A stretch of DNA of 64,000 bases, from the NCBI GenBank assembly GCA_041912175.1, contig JAYRNN010000015.1:4043-68042 (forward strand), in the 5' to 3' direction. The position numbers and the translations under genes are program-made. Below the pieces are notes generated by a model. It was given only the letters and a program-made list of their open reading frames with translations, was not told the DNA's origin and did no database searches. Each line of letters begins with the position of its first letter. Within the stretch, counting starts at the first letter, position 1. Shown here piece after piece: positions 54,625 through 63,218 of the stretch. This DNA is from Anaerolineales bacterium. Lineage in GTDB: Bacteria > Chloroflexota > Anaerolineae > Anaerolineales > UBA4823.

Positions 54625-56883
54625 TTAGCCCTCTTGGGGGCACACATCTGGGCATAGATCCGGCCGCAGCACGGTGAAAGTCAGCTCGAACTGGTTCCAG
54701 TGCGTCAGACTGGGTGAATTGCATCCGTTCGAAGTGCGCTTCCATGCCCAAAGGCGCAGCAAGTAAGCGCAGCATTCTGGAAAGTCCGAACCTCGAATGG
54801 TGACTTTGTAGTCGCCGCCATACCATTGTGGTCGCGGCGCGCCCTGCAATAATGCGTTGGCATAATCCGGTCCAACAACAGGGGTCGAATCAGGCATAAA
54901 TATGCCGGTTCCCGTCCCGATGTAGAAGGATTGCGATACGCCATATTCAAAGCGCATCCAGTACGCCTCTAGATGCCCGTCCTCGAGCGTAGTCGGGCAG
55001 GTCACACTGAAGTGGATGGTCAGCGTGTCGTCTGGATCCAGGCGCACGATGTCACAAGCATTGATGCAGATCTCGTCCACCTGGCCTTCATTCTTGCATA
55101 CTTTGCGAATGTAAGCATCTGGTTCATCGGTGCATTGGTGAATGATGGTGCACGGGTGGGCCGGGGTGGGCAGCGGGTGGTTCGAACCCTGGTTGTCCAG
55201 CCGGATGTAGACCATTTCAGCCGAAGTCTGGCCGCAGGTTGGCAAGATGCGTTCACTGGACATGATCAGGTTATCAGCAGCATCTGTGGCATAGCCAACA
55301 AAGCGTAAATGATATAAGCCATCTGGCGTCAAGCCCAGGTTCGCCAGGGTGTCAAAGATGAACAGGGTGTCGTAATCATTCCAGATTACGGCGCCCCCAA
55401 AGCGTGGAATAGCCGGATGCAGATCCTCATAGTGCCTGCGGGTGACGATCACCATTTGCCCGTTCTTTAGCCCAGGCGAGAAATCCCCGGCCGGCACTGG
55501 CGTCATCGCCGCCCCGTTCCAATAACTGCGCCCGTAGCCTCCAAAGGCAGGGATCGGCAGATCGGAAAAAGCGCCGCCGTTGAACGAGTATTGCACCTTA
55601 AAGTAATCTACGTCCCAACCTACAGCACCGCGCATGCGTAGTGCGCCATAGAAGGGACGATCTTGTCGGGTAGCTGTGTAAGAATAACCGCGTAAATCCG
55701 GCGGGCCGGCGGTAACGCCGATCTGATCTGTGGGTACACAATGCACCCAGGTAAGCTTCAAGCATTCGGGGCACTCTGGGTCACGGCAGCTCGGGATGCA
55801 GCAAGCCTTATTATTGGCCAACAAGGTGACGTTTAAACTGGTTGGTATATCCCAGCGTGTCTGTGCGTTGGTCTCGGTATAGATTTCATTGACGCTGCCG
55901 TTGCAGGGTTGAGTGACCCTGAAGACGATGTCAGGAGCGCAATCGCCCCAGTTCGGCCACCATGGCCAGACATGCAGAGCTTCCAGCTCTGGGGAACGCG
56001 GCAAAACCTGCATCAGCGCCTCGGCTGAGACCGGCGCGCCTATGTCGGCCATCTCTGGCAAGGCGGTTCTGTTCATGGCAGCTGAGCTTAAAAGCTTTCC
56101 AGGCATGGAGGCGGAAGTATCCAGGAAGCTTTGGAGGAAAGTCGGATCTGGGTCGGGAGGCGGCGGTCCCGGAGGAAACGGGATTTCCGCAGTCGCCATC
56201 AACTCACGGATGCGACGGAGTACATCTGGATCGATTGTCCATACGCGCTCCAACCAGGGGTAAAAGCGCAGGCAGCACCAGGTAAACGTGAATGTAAAAG
56301 TACCGTCGATGGCGGTCACCGCGCTGCCAATCAGATCACGGCTGCACCACCACAAGAAGCAATCCACATCATAAATGTCAACCTTAGCGCCAGGTACAGC
56401 CTCATCGCACCAGCGCCAGCGGTGATGGATAGGGTCCCATTCCCAATGCCGGCACACCACCCGGCCGCGGATGGTATACGTGCGACAGCAAAATACCCAA
56501 CACAGGTAGAGGCGCGGTTCGACCAACAGCGTGCCCAGGTTGAGCTGCGCCTTTTGTGGCTTGCCGCGTTTTGCTTCTCCTTCGTCTGGCTGCTTTTTCG
56601 TATCGCTGATTTCCACGGCCATACTGAAGGTCTCCAGACCGAAAAACTCTCGATCTGCGACGTTCGGTCCTACGAAAATCGTCGGCGGGCAGGGGCGGCG
56701 GCCGATCGGTAGCTCAAAATCTAATCCAAATGGTATGAGCCGTTCTTTATAACTTGCCGGCTTGACCACTGTCGAACCCAATACTTCGCCCTCCCTGGCG
56801 AGTACCACTCTCAAATCTAAATCTGATTTAAAATCGCCTTCTGCTATCTGTCTTAGATCTAAAGTACCCTCAATTCTAGCCAT
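54625..56883 (-). CDS. Large Cys/Trp-rich protein of unknown function (one CarboxypepD_reg-like beta-sandwich segment), no signal peptide
   Basis: 752-aa ORF with 30 Cys, including CC pairs and CCIPSCRDPECPEC, plus many Trp (WEWDPIHHRWRWC, FLWWC, WPWWPNWGDC). YTIRGRVVC...VPGAKVDIYDVDC...GSAVTAIDGTFTFTF looks like a prealbumin-like fold. I recognise no other family. Confidence 0.6.
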   Translation of the reverse strand: MARIEGTLDLRQIAEGDFKSDLDLRVVLAREGEVLGSTVVKPASYKERLIPFGLDFELPIGRRPCPPTIFVGPNVADREFFGLETFSMAVEISDTKKQPDEGEAKRGKPQKAQLNLGTLLVEPRLYLCWVFCCRTYTIRGRVVCRHWEWDPIHHRWRWCDEAVPGAKVDIYDVDCFLWWCSRDLIGSAVTAIDGTFTFTFTWCCLRFYPWLERVWTIDPDVLRRIRELMATAEIPFPPGPPPPDPDPTFLQSFLDTSASMPGKLLSSAAMNRTALPEMADIGAPVSAEALMQVLPRSPELEALHVWPWWPNWGDCAPDIVFRVTQPCNGSVNEIYTETNAQTRWDIPTSLNVTLLANNKACCIPSCRDPECPECLKLTWVHCVPTDQIGVTAGPPDLRGYSYTATRQDRPFYGALRMRGAVGWDVDYFKVQYSFNGGAFSDLPIPAFGGYGRSYWNGAAMTPVPAGDFSPGLKNGQMVIVTRRHYEDLHPAIPRFGGAVIWNDYDTLFIFDTLANLGLTPDGLYHLRFVGYATDAADNLIMSSERILPTCGQTSAEMVYIRLDNQGSNHPLPTPAHPCTIIHQCTDEPDAYIRKVCKNEGQVDEICINACDIVRLDPDDTLTIHFSVTCPTTLEDGHLEAYWMRFEYGVSQSFYIGTGTGIFMPDSTPVVGPDYANALLQGAPRPQWYGGDYKVTIRGSDFPECCAYLLRLWAWKRTSNGCNSPSLTHWNQFELTFTVLRPDLCPDVCPQEG

Positions 56884-57003
56884 CGTTAACTCCTCATTCT
56901 GGTCCGCCCTCCTGCCGTAACTAGAGGAAAGCGGTGATCAATGTGGGACGGTGTTCGACAATCCGAACACTTCCTGGCGGCAATACCGTTGGCAGATGAT
57001 TTT

Positions 57004-57032
57004 ATTGTCGCAAATAAATTACACAAAGTCAA
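57004..57032 (-). promoter_or_regulatory. Promoter candidate for the Cys/Trp-rich gene
   Basis: Minus strand: TTGACT (57032..57027), 17 nt, GACAAT (57009..57004), in an AT-rich 340-bp gap. A leader of about 115 nt follows and contains the hairpin GTGTTCG-N6-CGAACAC (56953-56972). Confidence 0.3.
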
Positions 57033-57140
57033 GTTAATAATTGGTTAAAAAACATCTTATTTATACGATTATAAAATGAATAACGTAGGGGAATCTATTT
57101 CTCCGGGTTGCAACCCGGTGCAAAAAGGATCGATAAAACT

Positions 57141-57170
57141 GGGGTTATCCAGGCCTTTTTGGACAACCCC
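57141..57170 (-). terminator. Terminator of the serine-hydrolase gene
   Basis: Minus strand: GGGGTTGTCCA-N8-TGGATAACCCC followed by AGTTTTAT. The stem core resembles the GGGGCTGTCC hairpins at 8.6 and 10.4 kb. Confidence 0.6.
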
Positions 57171-57223
57171 TTCGCGAAAACGAAAAAGTGATTTATCAGT
57201 GGTTGAGAAAATAGAGATGATTT

Positions 57224-58618
57224 CTAGGAATCTGGCAGTCGCGCATGTATTCTTCCCCCAAAACGCATCCAGGCAATCTGGCCATCTGTGGCGCGTAAAA
57301 ATTCGCCGTAGGCATCTTTCATCGGTTCATCCAGAGCTATGAATCGGTCTTCGGCGTACAGCGCCATGCGTACCGGCGGCGGAGCCTGGGGCGGAGGGCT
57401 ATCTGGGGTCGGGAAACCGCCTTTCGGGGTATCCTGCAGGATCAGGCCGGCGTCACCCAAGGTGATTTCAAAAATATCCGCCGCTGCTTCGTACCGTCCT
57501 ATGTAGGCGCGTAGCGCAGGTTCAGGCAGGACCAATGGAAGCGCTTCCGGCAGGCTTAGCCCAAGATATTCCTTCGTCGCCAGATCCGCAATTTTGTACG
57601 TTAAGGATCCGCCTTCATCGCTGTTCGTGAACACCGCCACGGAGAAATTGCTGGATGGGACCATTCTCAACAGGGTCACCTGGCCGTTGGCGCCCCCGCC
57701 ATGCCCGACCCATCGCGTTTGATCGACCGGGGTGATCATCCAACCCAAGCCCATGTGGTTTAGCCCTGTGGTAGGGAATAGCGGAGTCTGCATCTGAGCC
57801 AGGGATGACTGGCTGAGCAGGCGATCTCCAGCCGCGTTCGTCCCATCGCCCATGTGGAAGCGGGCATAGCGGAACAAATCTCCCATGGTGCAGACAATCC
57901 CGCCTACCGGGTGAGCAGCGCGGCCAATCGCCCAGGGCCGGGCGACTTTGGGCTTGCGGTCGACCACTTCGTGACCGACAGCAAAACGACGCGTGATCAC
58001 GTCCTCGGCGAAGAAATATGTGTTTTTCAAACCAAGCGGATCCAATACTAACTCTTGCAGCGCCTGCTCGTAACAGGCGCCTGTCACAACTTCGATGACA
58101 CGCCCGGCCAGGTAAAATCCGGCGTTGTTGTAGCTCCACACCTGGCCTAGCGGTGTAAGCTGCTCCAGGTCGGCCATCTTGGCGACCATTTTGGCTAGGG
58201 CGTCCTCGCCAGGCCCAAAATCGTTGAAGTAATCTCCGACCCAGCCGCCAGTATGGGTCAACAGATGTCGCAGAGTCACTTGCTGCGCTACGCTTTCATC
58301 CGCCAATGTCAAATCTGGCAAAATGTTACGAACGGGTTTGTCTAATGCCAGCCTGGCCATCTCGACCAGGCGCATGATAGCAGTGGCGGTAAAAGTCTTG
58401 GTGATCGAGCCGACCTGGAAAAGCGTATCTTCCGTCACCGGCAGCGGATGTTCCAGGTTAGTCATCCCAAACCCGGCAATCCATTCCCGGTCCTTATATA
58501 AGATGCCCACCATCGCTCCTGGGATGGGCAGCCGTGCCATTTCCCTGGCGACTTCGTCGCAGATCAAAAGAAACTTGTCATTGAGATCGGTTTTTATGCT
58601 CATTTTGTTCCTTTTCAT
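57224..58618 (-). CDS. Serine hydrolase, beta-lactamase (class C/DD-peptidase-like) family with a C-terminal extension
   Basis: 464 aa. It has the SxxK motif in FQVGSITKTFTA, a YNN motif (SYNNAGFYLAG) and an HGG motif (VGHGGGANG). Confidence 0.8.
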   Translation of the reverse strand: MKRNKMSIKTDLNDKFLLICDEVAREMARLPIPGAMVGILYKDREWIAGFGMTNLEHPLPVTEDTLFQVGSITKTFTATAIMRLVEMARLALDKPVRNILPDLTLADESVAQQVTLRHLLTHTGGWVGDYFNDFGPGEDALAKMVAKMADLEQLTPLGQVWSYNNAGFYLAGRVIEVVTGACYEQALQELVLDPLGLKNTYFFAEDVITRRFAVGHEVVDRKPKVARPWAIGRAAHPVGGIVCTMGDLFRYARFHMGDGTNAAGDRLLSQSSLAQMQTPLFPTTGLNHMGLGWMITPVDQTRWVGHGGGANGQVTLLRMVPSSNFSVAVFTNSDEGGSLTYKIADLATKEYLGLSLPEALPLVLPEPALRAYIGRYEAAADIFEITLGDAGLILQDTPKGGFPTPDSPPPQAPPPVRMALYAEDRFIALDEPMKDAYGEFLRATDGQIAWMRFGGRIHARLPDS

Positions 58619-58659
58619 TTTTGCAGCATCACGGCGATTGCATCATCGCTTCTCTGCGA

Positions 58660-58827
58660 TTAGATCAAGACGCGTGAGAGGAATTCTGGCAGGCCGCGTG
58701 CACCAGGCCGGAGACGGAATAGCGCCCCGGCGCCGGGGCCCTCCTCGGCCCTGTTCCCGCCCGCGAGCGCGGTGGTGATATACAACTCGCTCAGATCTGG
58801 GTCGCCGAATGTCAGGCTGGATACCTT
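58660..58827 (-). pseudogene. C-terminal remnant of an SMP-30/gluconolactonase/LRE-like gene
   Basis: The minus-strand open frame KVSSLTFGDPDLSELYITTALAGGNRAEEGPGAGALFRLRPGVHGLPEFLSRVLI-stop matches the last propeller blade of the family (C.FGG.dl..LyiTsA....G.lF......G.p). No start codon or upstream blades are present, and an in-frame TGA lies immediately 5'. Confidence 0.55.
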
Positions 58828-58834
58828 TCAGGTT

Positions 58835-59266
58835 TCATTTTTCTAGCGACTTTTTGAAATAATAGTTCGTATGTCTTGGCGGGCAATCATCAACGCGTCC
58901 GACAAGCTCATAGCCATGCTGCTGGTAGAAACCAGGCGCTTGAAAACTATAACTGCCCAGGATGATGATGGAACATCCGCGATCGCGCGCTTCTTGTTCG
59001 GCTGCGACCAACAATTGCTTTCCCAGGCCTTGTCCTTGCATGTCTGAGCGCACCCATAAGAATTCAATTTCACACAAGCCGGCCCAGGTATACCCGGAGA
59101 TGCCGGCAATGATCTCATAATGCTCGCCTCGCAGGAAAATCGCCAGCCCTCGACCATCAAAGGCGCCGGTCTGTGTCATGTTGTACTGGTTGATTTGTTC
59201 TTCGAGAAACCTGAGATCGTCTGGCGCAGGTTCATCTTCTACAACGATGACATGCTTTTGCATCAA
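58835..59266 (-). CDS. GNAT-family N-acetyltransferase
   Basis: 143 aa: EIEFLWVRSDMQGQGLGKQLLVAAEQEARDRGC (acetyl-CoA-binding motif). Confidence 0.8.
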   Translation of the reverse strand: MMQKHVIVVEDEPAPDDLRFLEEQINQYNMTQTGAFDGRGLAIFLRGEHYEIIAGISGYTWAGLCEIEFLWVRSDMQGQGLGKQLLVAAEQEARDRGCSIIILGSYSFQAPGFYQQHGYELVGRVDDCPPRHTNYYFKKSLEK

Positions 59267-59402
59267 TTGTTTTCTCCTGGCGAACTGAGCGAGAGCACGC
59301 TTCTCTCAACTCCCACATTCTACGTCAACTCGATTGGCAAGGCAAGTTTCAAAGCGATCAAGCCGCTAAAGTGGATCAGATCCTTCATAAATTCATCCGT
59401 GA

Positions 59403-60182
59403 TCAACGGTTCTGATCGGCGCGCGCCCACCAAAGGTAAGTCGCCAACATACCGCCCAGGGCGGTCAAAAGCACGATCCAATAGCTGATCGCCGGTAAGG
59501 GGGTTTTCGCCTGCGCATACAGCCCCGGCACGGCCCAGGGGAAAATTTCACCCCGACCCACAATCGCGGCCAGGCTGGACATCATCAGCGTCAGTACGGC
59601 TGCGCCGACCGGCAGCAAATAGCCCCGCCCCAGGCTGGCGAAAAACGCGAAGGGTGTCACGACCAGGATCGACAGGCAGGCGCTGACCAATACCCGTAGG
59701 CTGCCTGGCCAGATCACACCCGCTACGCCGCCCGGTATCTGCATGATCGCGCCCATACCCAGCCCAGCGCCGAACATGACCACCGTCATTGCGACGCACC
59801 AGATTGCGGTGACGATAAATTTTGCCAACAGGATGCTTGCGCGCGGCACAGGTACGGCAAGCATATCTTTGACTGTGCCGTCGACAAATTCGCGCCCGAA
59901 CACCCAGCTAATGATCAAGACGAAAAAAATGAACCCGCCGACGGCTGCCAACTGGCCAAACATAAACAAGTAGTTCGCCCAATCCATCCCGGCATAGGAA
60001 ACCAGGTTCGCTTTGGCGCTGATCAGGCCGATCTTTTGAGAAAGCTGCGGGTTCTTGGCGACATAAATCAAGAAGGCGATCCCCAGGGGCATAAACAAAG
60101 AACCTAAGGCGATCCACAGGGGCATTCTGGAGCGCCAGGCTTTGCGCGCCTCGACCCAAAGGGTATCGGGCAGGTTGTTCAT
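59403..60182 (-). CDS. ABC-2-type transporter permease
   Basis: 259 aa with 6 TM segments. It overlaps the upstream ATPase gene by 4 nt. Confidence 0.75.
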   Translation of the reverse strand: MNNLPDTLWVEARKAWRSRMPLWIALGSLFMPLGIAFLIYVAKNPQLSQKIGLISAKANLVSYAGMDWANYLFMFGQLAAVGGFIFFVLIISWVFGREFVDGTVKDMLAVPVPRASILLAKFIVTAIWCVAMTVVMFGAGLGMGAIMQIPGGVAGVIWPGSLRVLVSACLSILVVTPFAFFASLGRGYLLPVGAAVLTLMMSSLAAIVGRGEIFPWAVPGLYAQAKTPLPAISYWIVLLTALGGMLATYLWWARADQNR

Positions 60183-61102
60183 TGTGGGTAAGCCTCTGCG
60201 CCAATCAGCCGCAGGAAATACTGCTCCAGATATTCCTCTTCTACCAGCACCTGCATAGGTGGGCTCCCAGCGTTGACCAGCAGGCGGTTGATCTCATCAG
60301 GATGCTCTACGGCCACAGCCTCCTTAAGCTTGATGCTCCCATCCGGCAGGATTTCGGCTTGCAACCCTGCTGTCAGCAGGGTTCGCTGGGCATCCTCCAC
60401 CTGGCGCGCTCGTAACAGAAGCCATCGCCTTCGATTGCGTTCCAGCTCGTCAATGCTCAATTCCTGCAACAGCCGGCCTTCGTGGATGATCCCGATGCGC
60501 TGAGCCAGGCGTGAGACCTCGGCCAGGATATGGCTGGCCATGAAGACTGTCACGCCCTGTGCGCGAGTCAGCTCAAGCAGCAGCTCGCGAATCTCGACAA
60601 TCCCGGCCGGGTCCAGGCCATTGGCCGGCTCATCCAAAATCAGCAGCCTTGGAGCGTGGAGGAGCGCCTTCGCTATCCCCAGGCGCTGGGCATTGCCCTG
60701 CGAAAGCGTGCCAGCCCGCTGGTTGGCATAGGCCGCCAGGTCCAATCGCTCGATCATCTGCCCGACTGACTTCGGGTCGGCGCCGGGGTGCAGGCGTCGG
60801 GCGACCTCCAGGTTTTCGGCCACCGTTAATTCCGGATAGGCACGTGGGATCTCTACCAGGTATCCCACCCTGTCCCATGGTTCCCGGCTGGCCAGATGCA
60901 CACGAGTCTGTAGTACACTGGCGTATCCACTGCTGGGTCGGATCATGCCTAACAACATGCGGATGGTGGTGGTCTTGCCTGCGCCATTCAATCCCAGGAA
61001 AGCGTAAATTTCGCCCTCGGTCACGCGCAGCGAAAGCTGCCCGACGGCCAGTATGTCGCCGTATTGTTTGCTGAGGCCGACGGTTTCAATTGCAAGTTTC
61101 AT
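60179..61102 (-). CDS. ABC transporter ATP-binding protein (ABC-2/DrrA-like)
   Basis: Walker A GLNGAGKTT, signature LSQGNAQRL, Walker B LLILDEPANGLD and H-loop ASHIL are all present. Confidence 0.9.
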   Translation of the reverse strand: MKLAIETVGLSKQYGDILAVGQLSLRVTEGEIYAFLGLNGAGKTTTIRMLLGMIRPSSGYASVLQTRVHLASREPWDRVGYLVEIPRAYPELTVAENLEVARRLHPGADPKSVGQMIERLDLAAYANQRAGTLSQGNAQRLGIAKALLHAPRLLILDEPANGLDPAGIVEIRELLLELTRAQGVTVFMASHILAEVSRLAQRIGIIHEGRLLQELSIDELERNRRRWLLLRARQVEDAQRTLLTAGLQAEILPDGSIKLKEAVAVEHPDEINRLLVNAGSPPMQVLVEEEYLEQYFLRLIGAEAYPQ

Positions 61103-61316
61103 AGCGAAAATTATACCTCTCGATACGCCTGTATAGGTTCAGCGATAGACAAGGTAGATTGATGCCGACTTGGCGCTAAAATCTTTTTTTTGAATATAAT
61201 ATAAGCAACAAGATGAAAAAGCATGTATTTCGCTCATCGATCAAACAGATATCATGAATAAATATGGCTGCCTGCCAGGCAAAATGGATTAGGCGTAAAA
61301 AGGAAATGGAAAAATC

Positions 61317-62285
61317 ATGAAATCCTTCAAACTCCGCCCGGCCGAGCCGGAACATGACTTCGCCCAGCTCGCCGCCTGGTTCACCCTCCTGGAGGACGAA
61401 CCAAACACAGAACAGGGCCTTAAGGAGTATTACGAAAAGGCCAGGCCGCGCATCATCCAGATGCTTGCTCAGGATGAACAGGGCGAGTTGCTTGGTTTTT
61501 ATTGGGCAGCGCGCGATCGCTTAATGCCCGAGCGGCTGGATTGTTATTTATTTGTTGAACCGGAGCAACGCGGGCAGGGGGTGGGCGGCCGGTTATACGC
61601 AGATTTTGAACGCGTCGTAGCCGAAATGCAGGCAAAAACCCTGCGTTTTAGCGTCTGGGATAATTGCCCCGAATGCCGGGGGTTTGCCGAACGGCGCGGC
61701 TTTCACGAGCGCGCCCACCGGATTGGGATGACATTGGATCTGGCTGCATTCGATGATCGACCGTACGATGCGCTGATCGAGCGACTTGCGGGCGAAGGAT
61801 TTCGCTTTACTTCACTGGAAGGACTGGGAAACACCGAAGAGGCGCAGCATAGATTATATAATTTAAACGACGCTACCTCGCTCGATACGCCCGGAGCGGA
61901 TGGCGAACATCCCTGGGCTTCCTTTGAGGATTTTCGGGAAAGGGTGTGCCAGGCGGATTGGTACAAACCGGGCGGACAAATGGTAGTTATCGATGTCGCC
62001 CGTAGCGGCGAAACAGGCCCTTTTGTGGCAATGAGCGCCATCACTCGTATGGAGGGCACGGATTATGCCTATAACCTGCACACGGGGGTCGACCGGCGAT
62101 ACCGCGGGCGTAAGCTAGGCCAGGCAGTTAAGATTACGGCGTTGCGCTATGCAGGCGAGGTTTTGAAGGTGGATCGCGTCCACACCCATCACAACACGCT
62201 AAACCTGCCGATAATCGCTATCGATCGTAAATTTGGATATGTACAGACGCCAGGTATTTTTTCGATGGAGAAGGCGCTAACTTAG
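61317..62285 (+). CDS. Two-domain GNAT-family acetyltransferase
   Basis: 322 aa with two acetyl-CoA motifs (VEPEQRGQGVGGRLY and VDRRYRGRKLGQAV). Confidence 0.75.
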   Translation: MKSFKLRPAEPEHDFAQLAAWFTLLEDEPNTEQGLKEYYEKARPRIIQMLAQDEQGELLGFYWAARDRLMPERLDCYLFVEPEQRGQGVGGRLYADFERVVAEMQAKTLRFSVWDNCPECRGFAERRGFHERAHRIGMTLDLAAFDDRPYDALIERLAGEGFRFTSLEGLGNTEEAQHRLYNLNDATSLDTPGADGEHPWASFEDFRERVCQADWYKPGGQMVVIDVARSGETGPFVAMSAITRMEGTDYAYNLHTGVDRRYRGRKLGQAVKITALRYAGEVLKVDRVHTHHNTLNLPIIAIDRKFGYVQTPGIFSMEKALT

Positions 62286-63115
62286 ACGCGCAATTTCAAC
62301 CAGGCTTCTATCTCACCAAAGACTTTCTCTCTCTCCGGCTCGTTATAGATTTCATGGTAAAGACCTTCCCAAATGTGCAGGGTCTTATCTTTTGAGCTCA
62401 CCCGCTCGTATAGCATTTGCGAAGCCTTGGGATTGATCAAGCGGTCTTCTCCACCATGCATGATCAGCACAGGAAGGCTGATCTTCGATGCCTCCGCATC
62501 CACGCGCTGCATGGCCTTCAACATCTCTGCTGCCAGGCGGGCGCTGGTTTTGCTGGTTGTCACCAGCGGATCATTGATGTATGCCTGTACCACCGCCGGA
62601 TCATGGCAGATCATATTTGCGTCCAACCCTACCAGGCCTACCTTGGGCGCCAACGCGGATAGCAGCCTGCCCATGGTGATTGTCGTACCGTTAATGTTAT
62701 CAGGAATTTTTACCGCCGCGCCGGATAGGATCGCGCCCTGTATGCCTGCCTGGTGGTCAAGTAGATAGATGCTGGTTATCAAACCGCCCAAACTGTGTCC
62801 GATCAGAAACATGGGCAGCCCTGGCTGCCAGTCATGTACCATCCTGGTAAAGCGATCGAGCGGCTCGATATAGTCTTCAAAATGATCGACATATACGCGC
62901 GTACCATCTGATTTTCCATGCCCGAGGTGGTCGACCCCATAAACCGCATAACCGAGTGGGACAAAATGGTTGACGATGTTCATATACCGGCCGCTATGCT
63001 CGGCCAACCCGTGTACCACCAGAAGGACGGCTTTTGGTTGTCCAGTGGGCAGCCAAAATTGGTAGAATAGTTTTTCGCCATTGTCTGTCCGGAAATTTCC
63101 TTCTTCGTGGATCAT
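62282..63115 (-). CDS. Alpha/beta hydrolase, lysophospholipase/monoacylglycerol-lipase-like
   Basis: 277 aa: VVHGLAEHSGRY, nucleophile elbow GHSLGG, C-terminal LYHEIYNE. Confidence 0.85.
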   Translation of the reverse strand: MIHEEGNFRTDNGEKLFYQFWLPTGQPKAVLLVVHGLAEHSGRYMNIVNHFVPLGYAVYGVDHLGHGKSDGTRVYVDHFEDYIEPLDRFTRMVHDWQPGLPMFLIGHSLGGLITSIYLLDHQAGIQGAILSGAAVKIPDNINGTTITMGRLLSALAPKVGLVGLDANMICHDPAVVQAYINDPLVTTSKTSARLAAEMLKAMQRVDAEASKISLPVLIMHGGEDRLINPKASQMLYERVSSKDKTLHIWEGLYHEIYNEPEREKVFGEIEAWLKLRV

Positions 63116-63218
63116 TTTTCGTTTCCTTTTTGATATGTGAGGTGGAGAGGCGCAATCATTTCATACATGATTGGCTTTGTATTTTAACGCACATTCTGCT
63201 ATAGTGAATGTATACACC

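Noticed and set aside
57076-57342. 88-aa plus-strand ORF in the AT-rich gap upstream of the Cys/Trp-rich gene.
   Set aside because: It runs through the terminator hairpin of the serine-hydrolase gene and overlaps that gene's 3' end on the opposite strand. No SD or motif is present.
61213-61295. Two tiny ORFs (MKKHVFRSSIKQIS and MNKYGCLPGKMD) upstream of the ABC transporter and GNAT genes, considered as possible RiPP precursors or leader peptides.
   Set aside because: They are very short ORFs in an AT-rich promoter region, which is expected by chance. No maturation enzymes (cyclase, dehydratase, radical SAM) are nearby.
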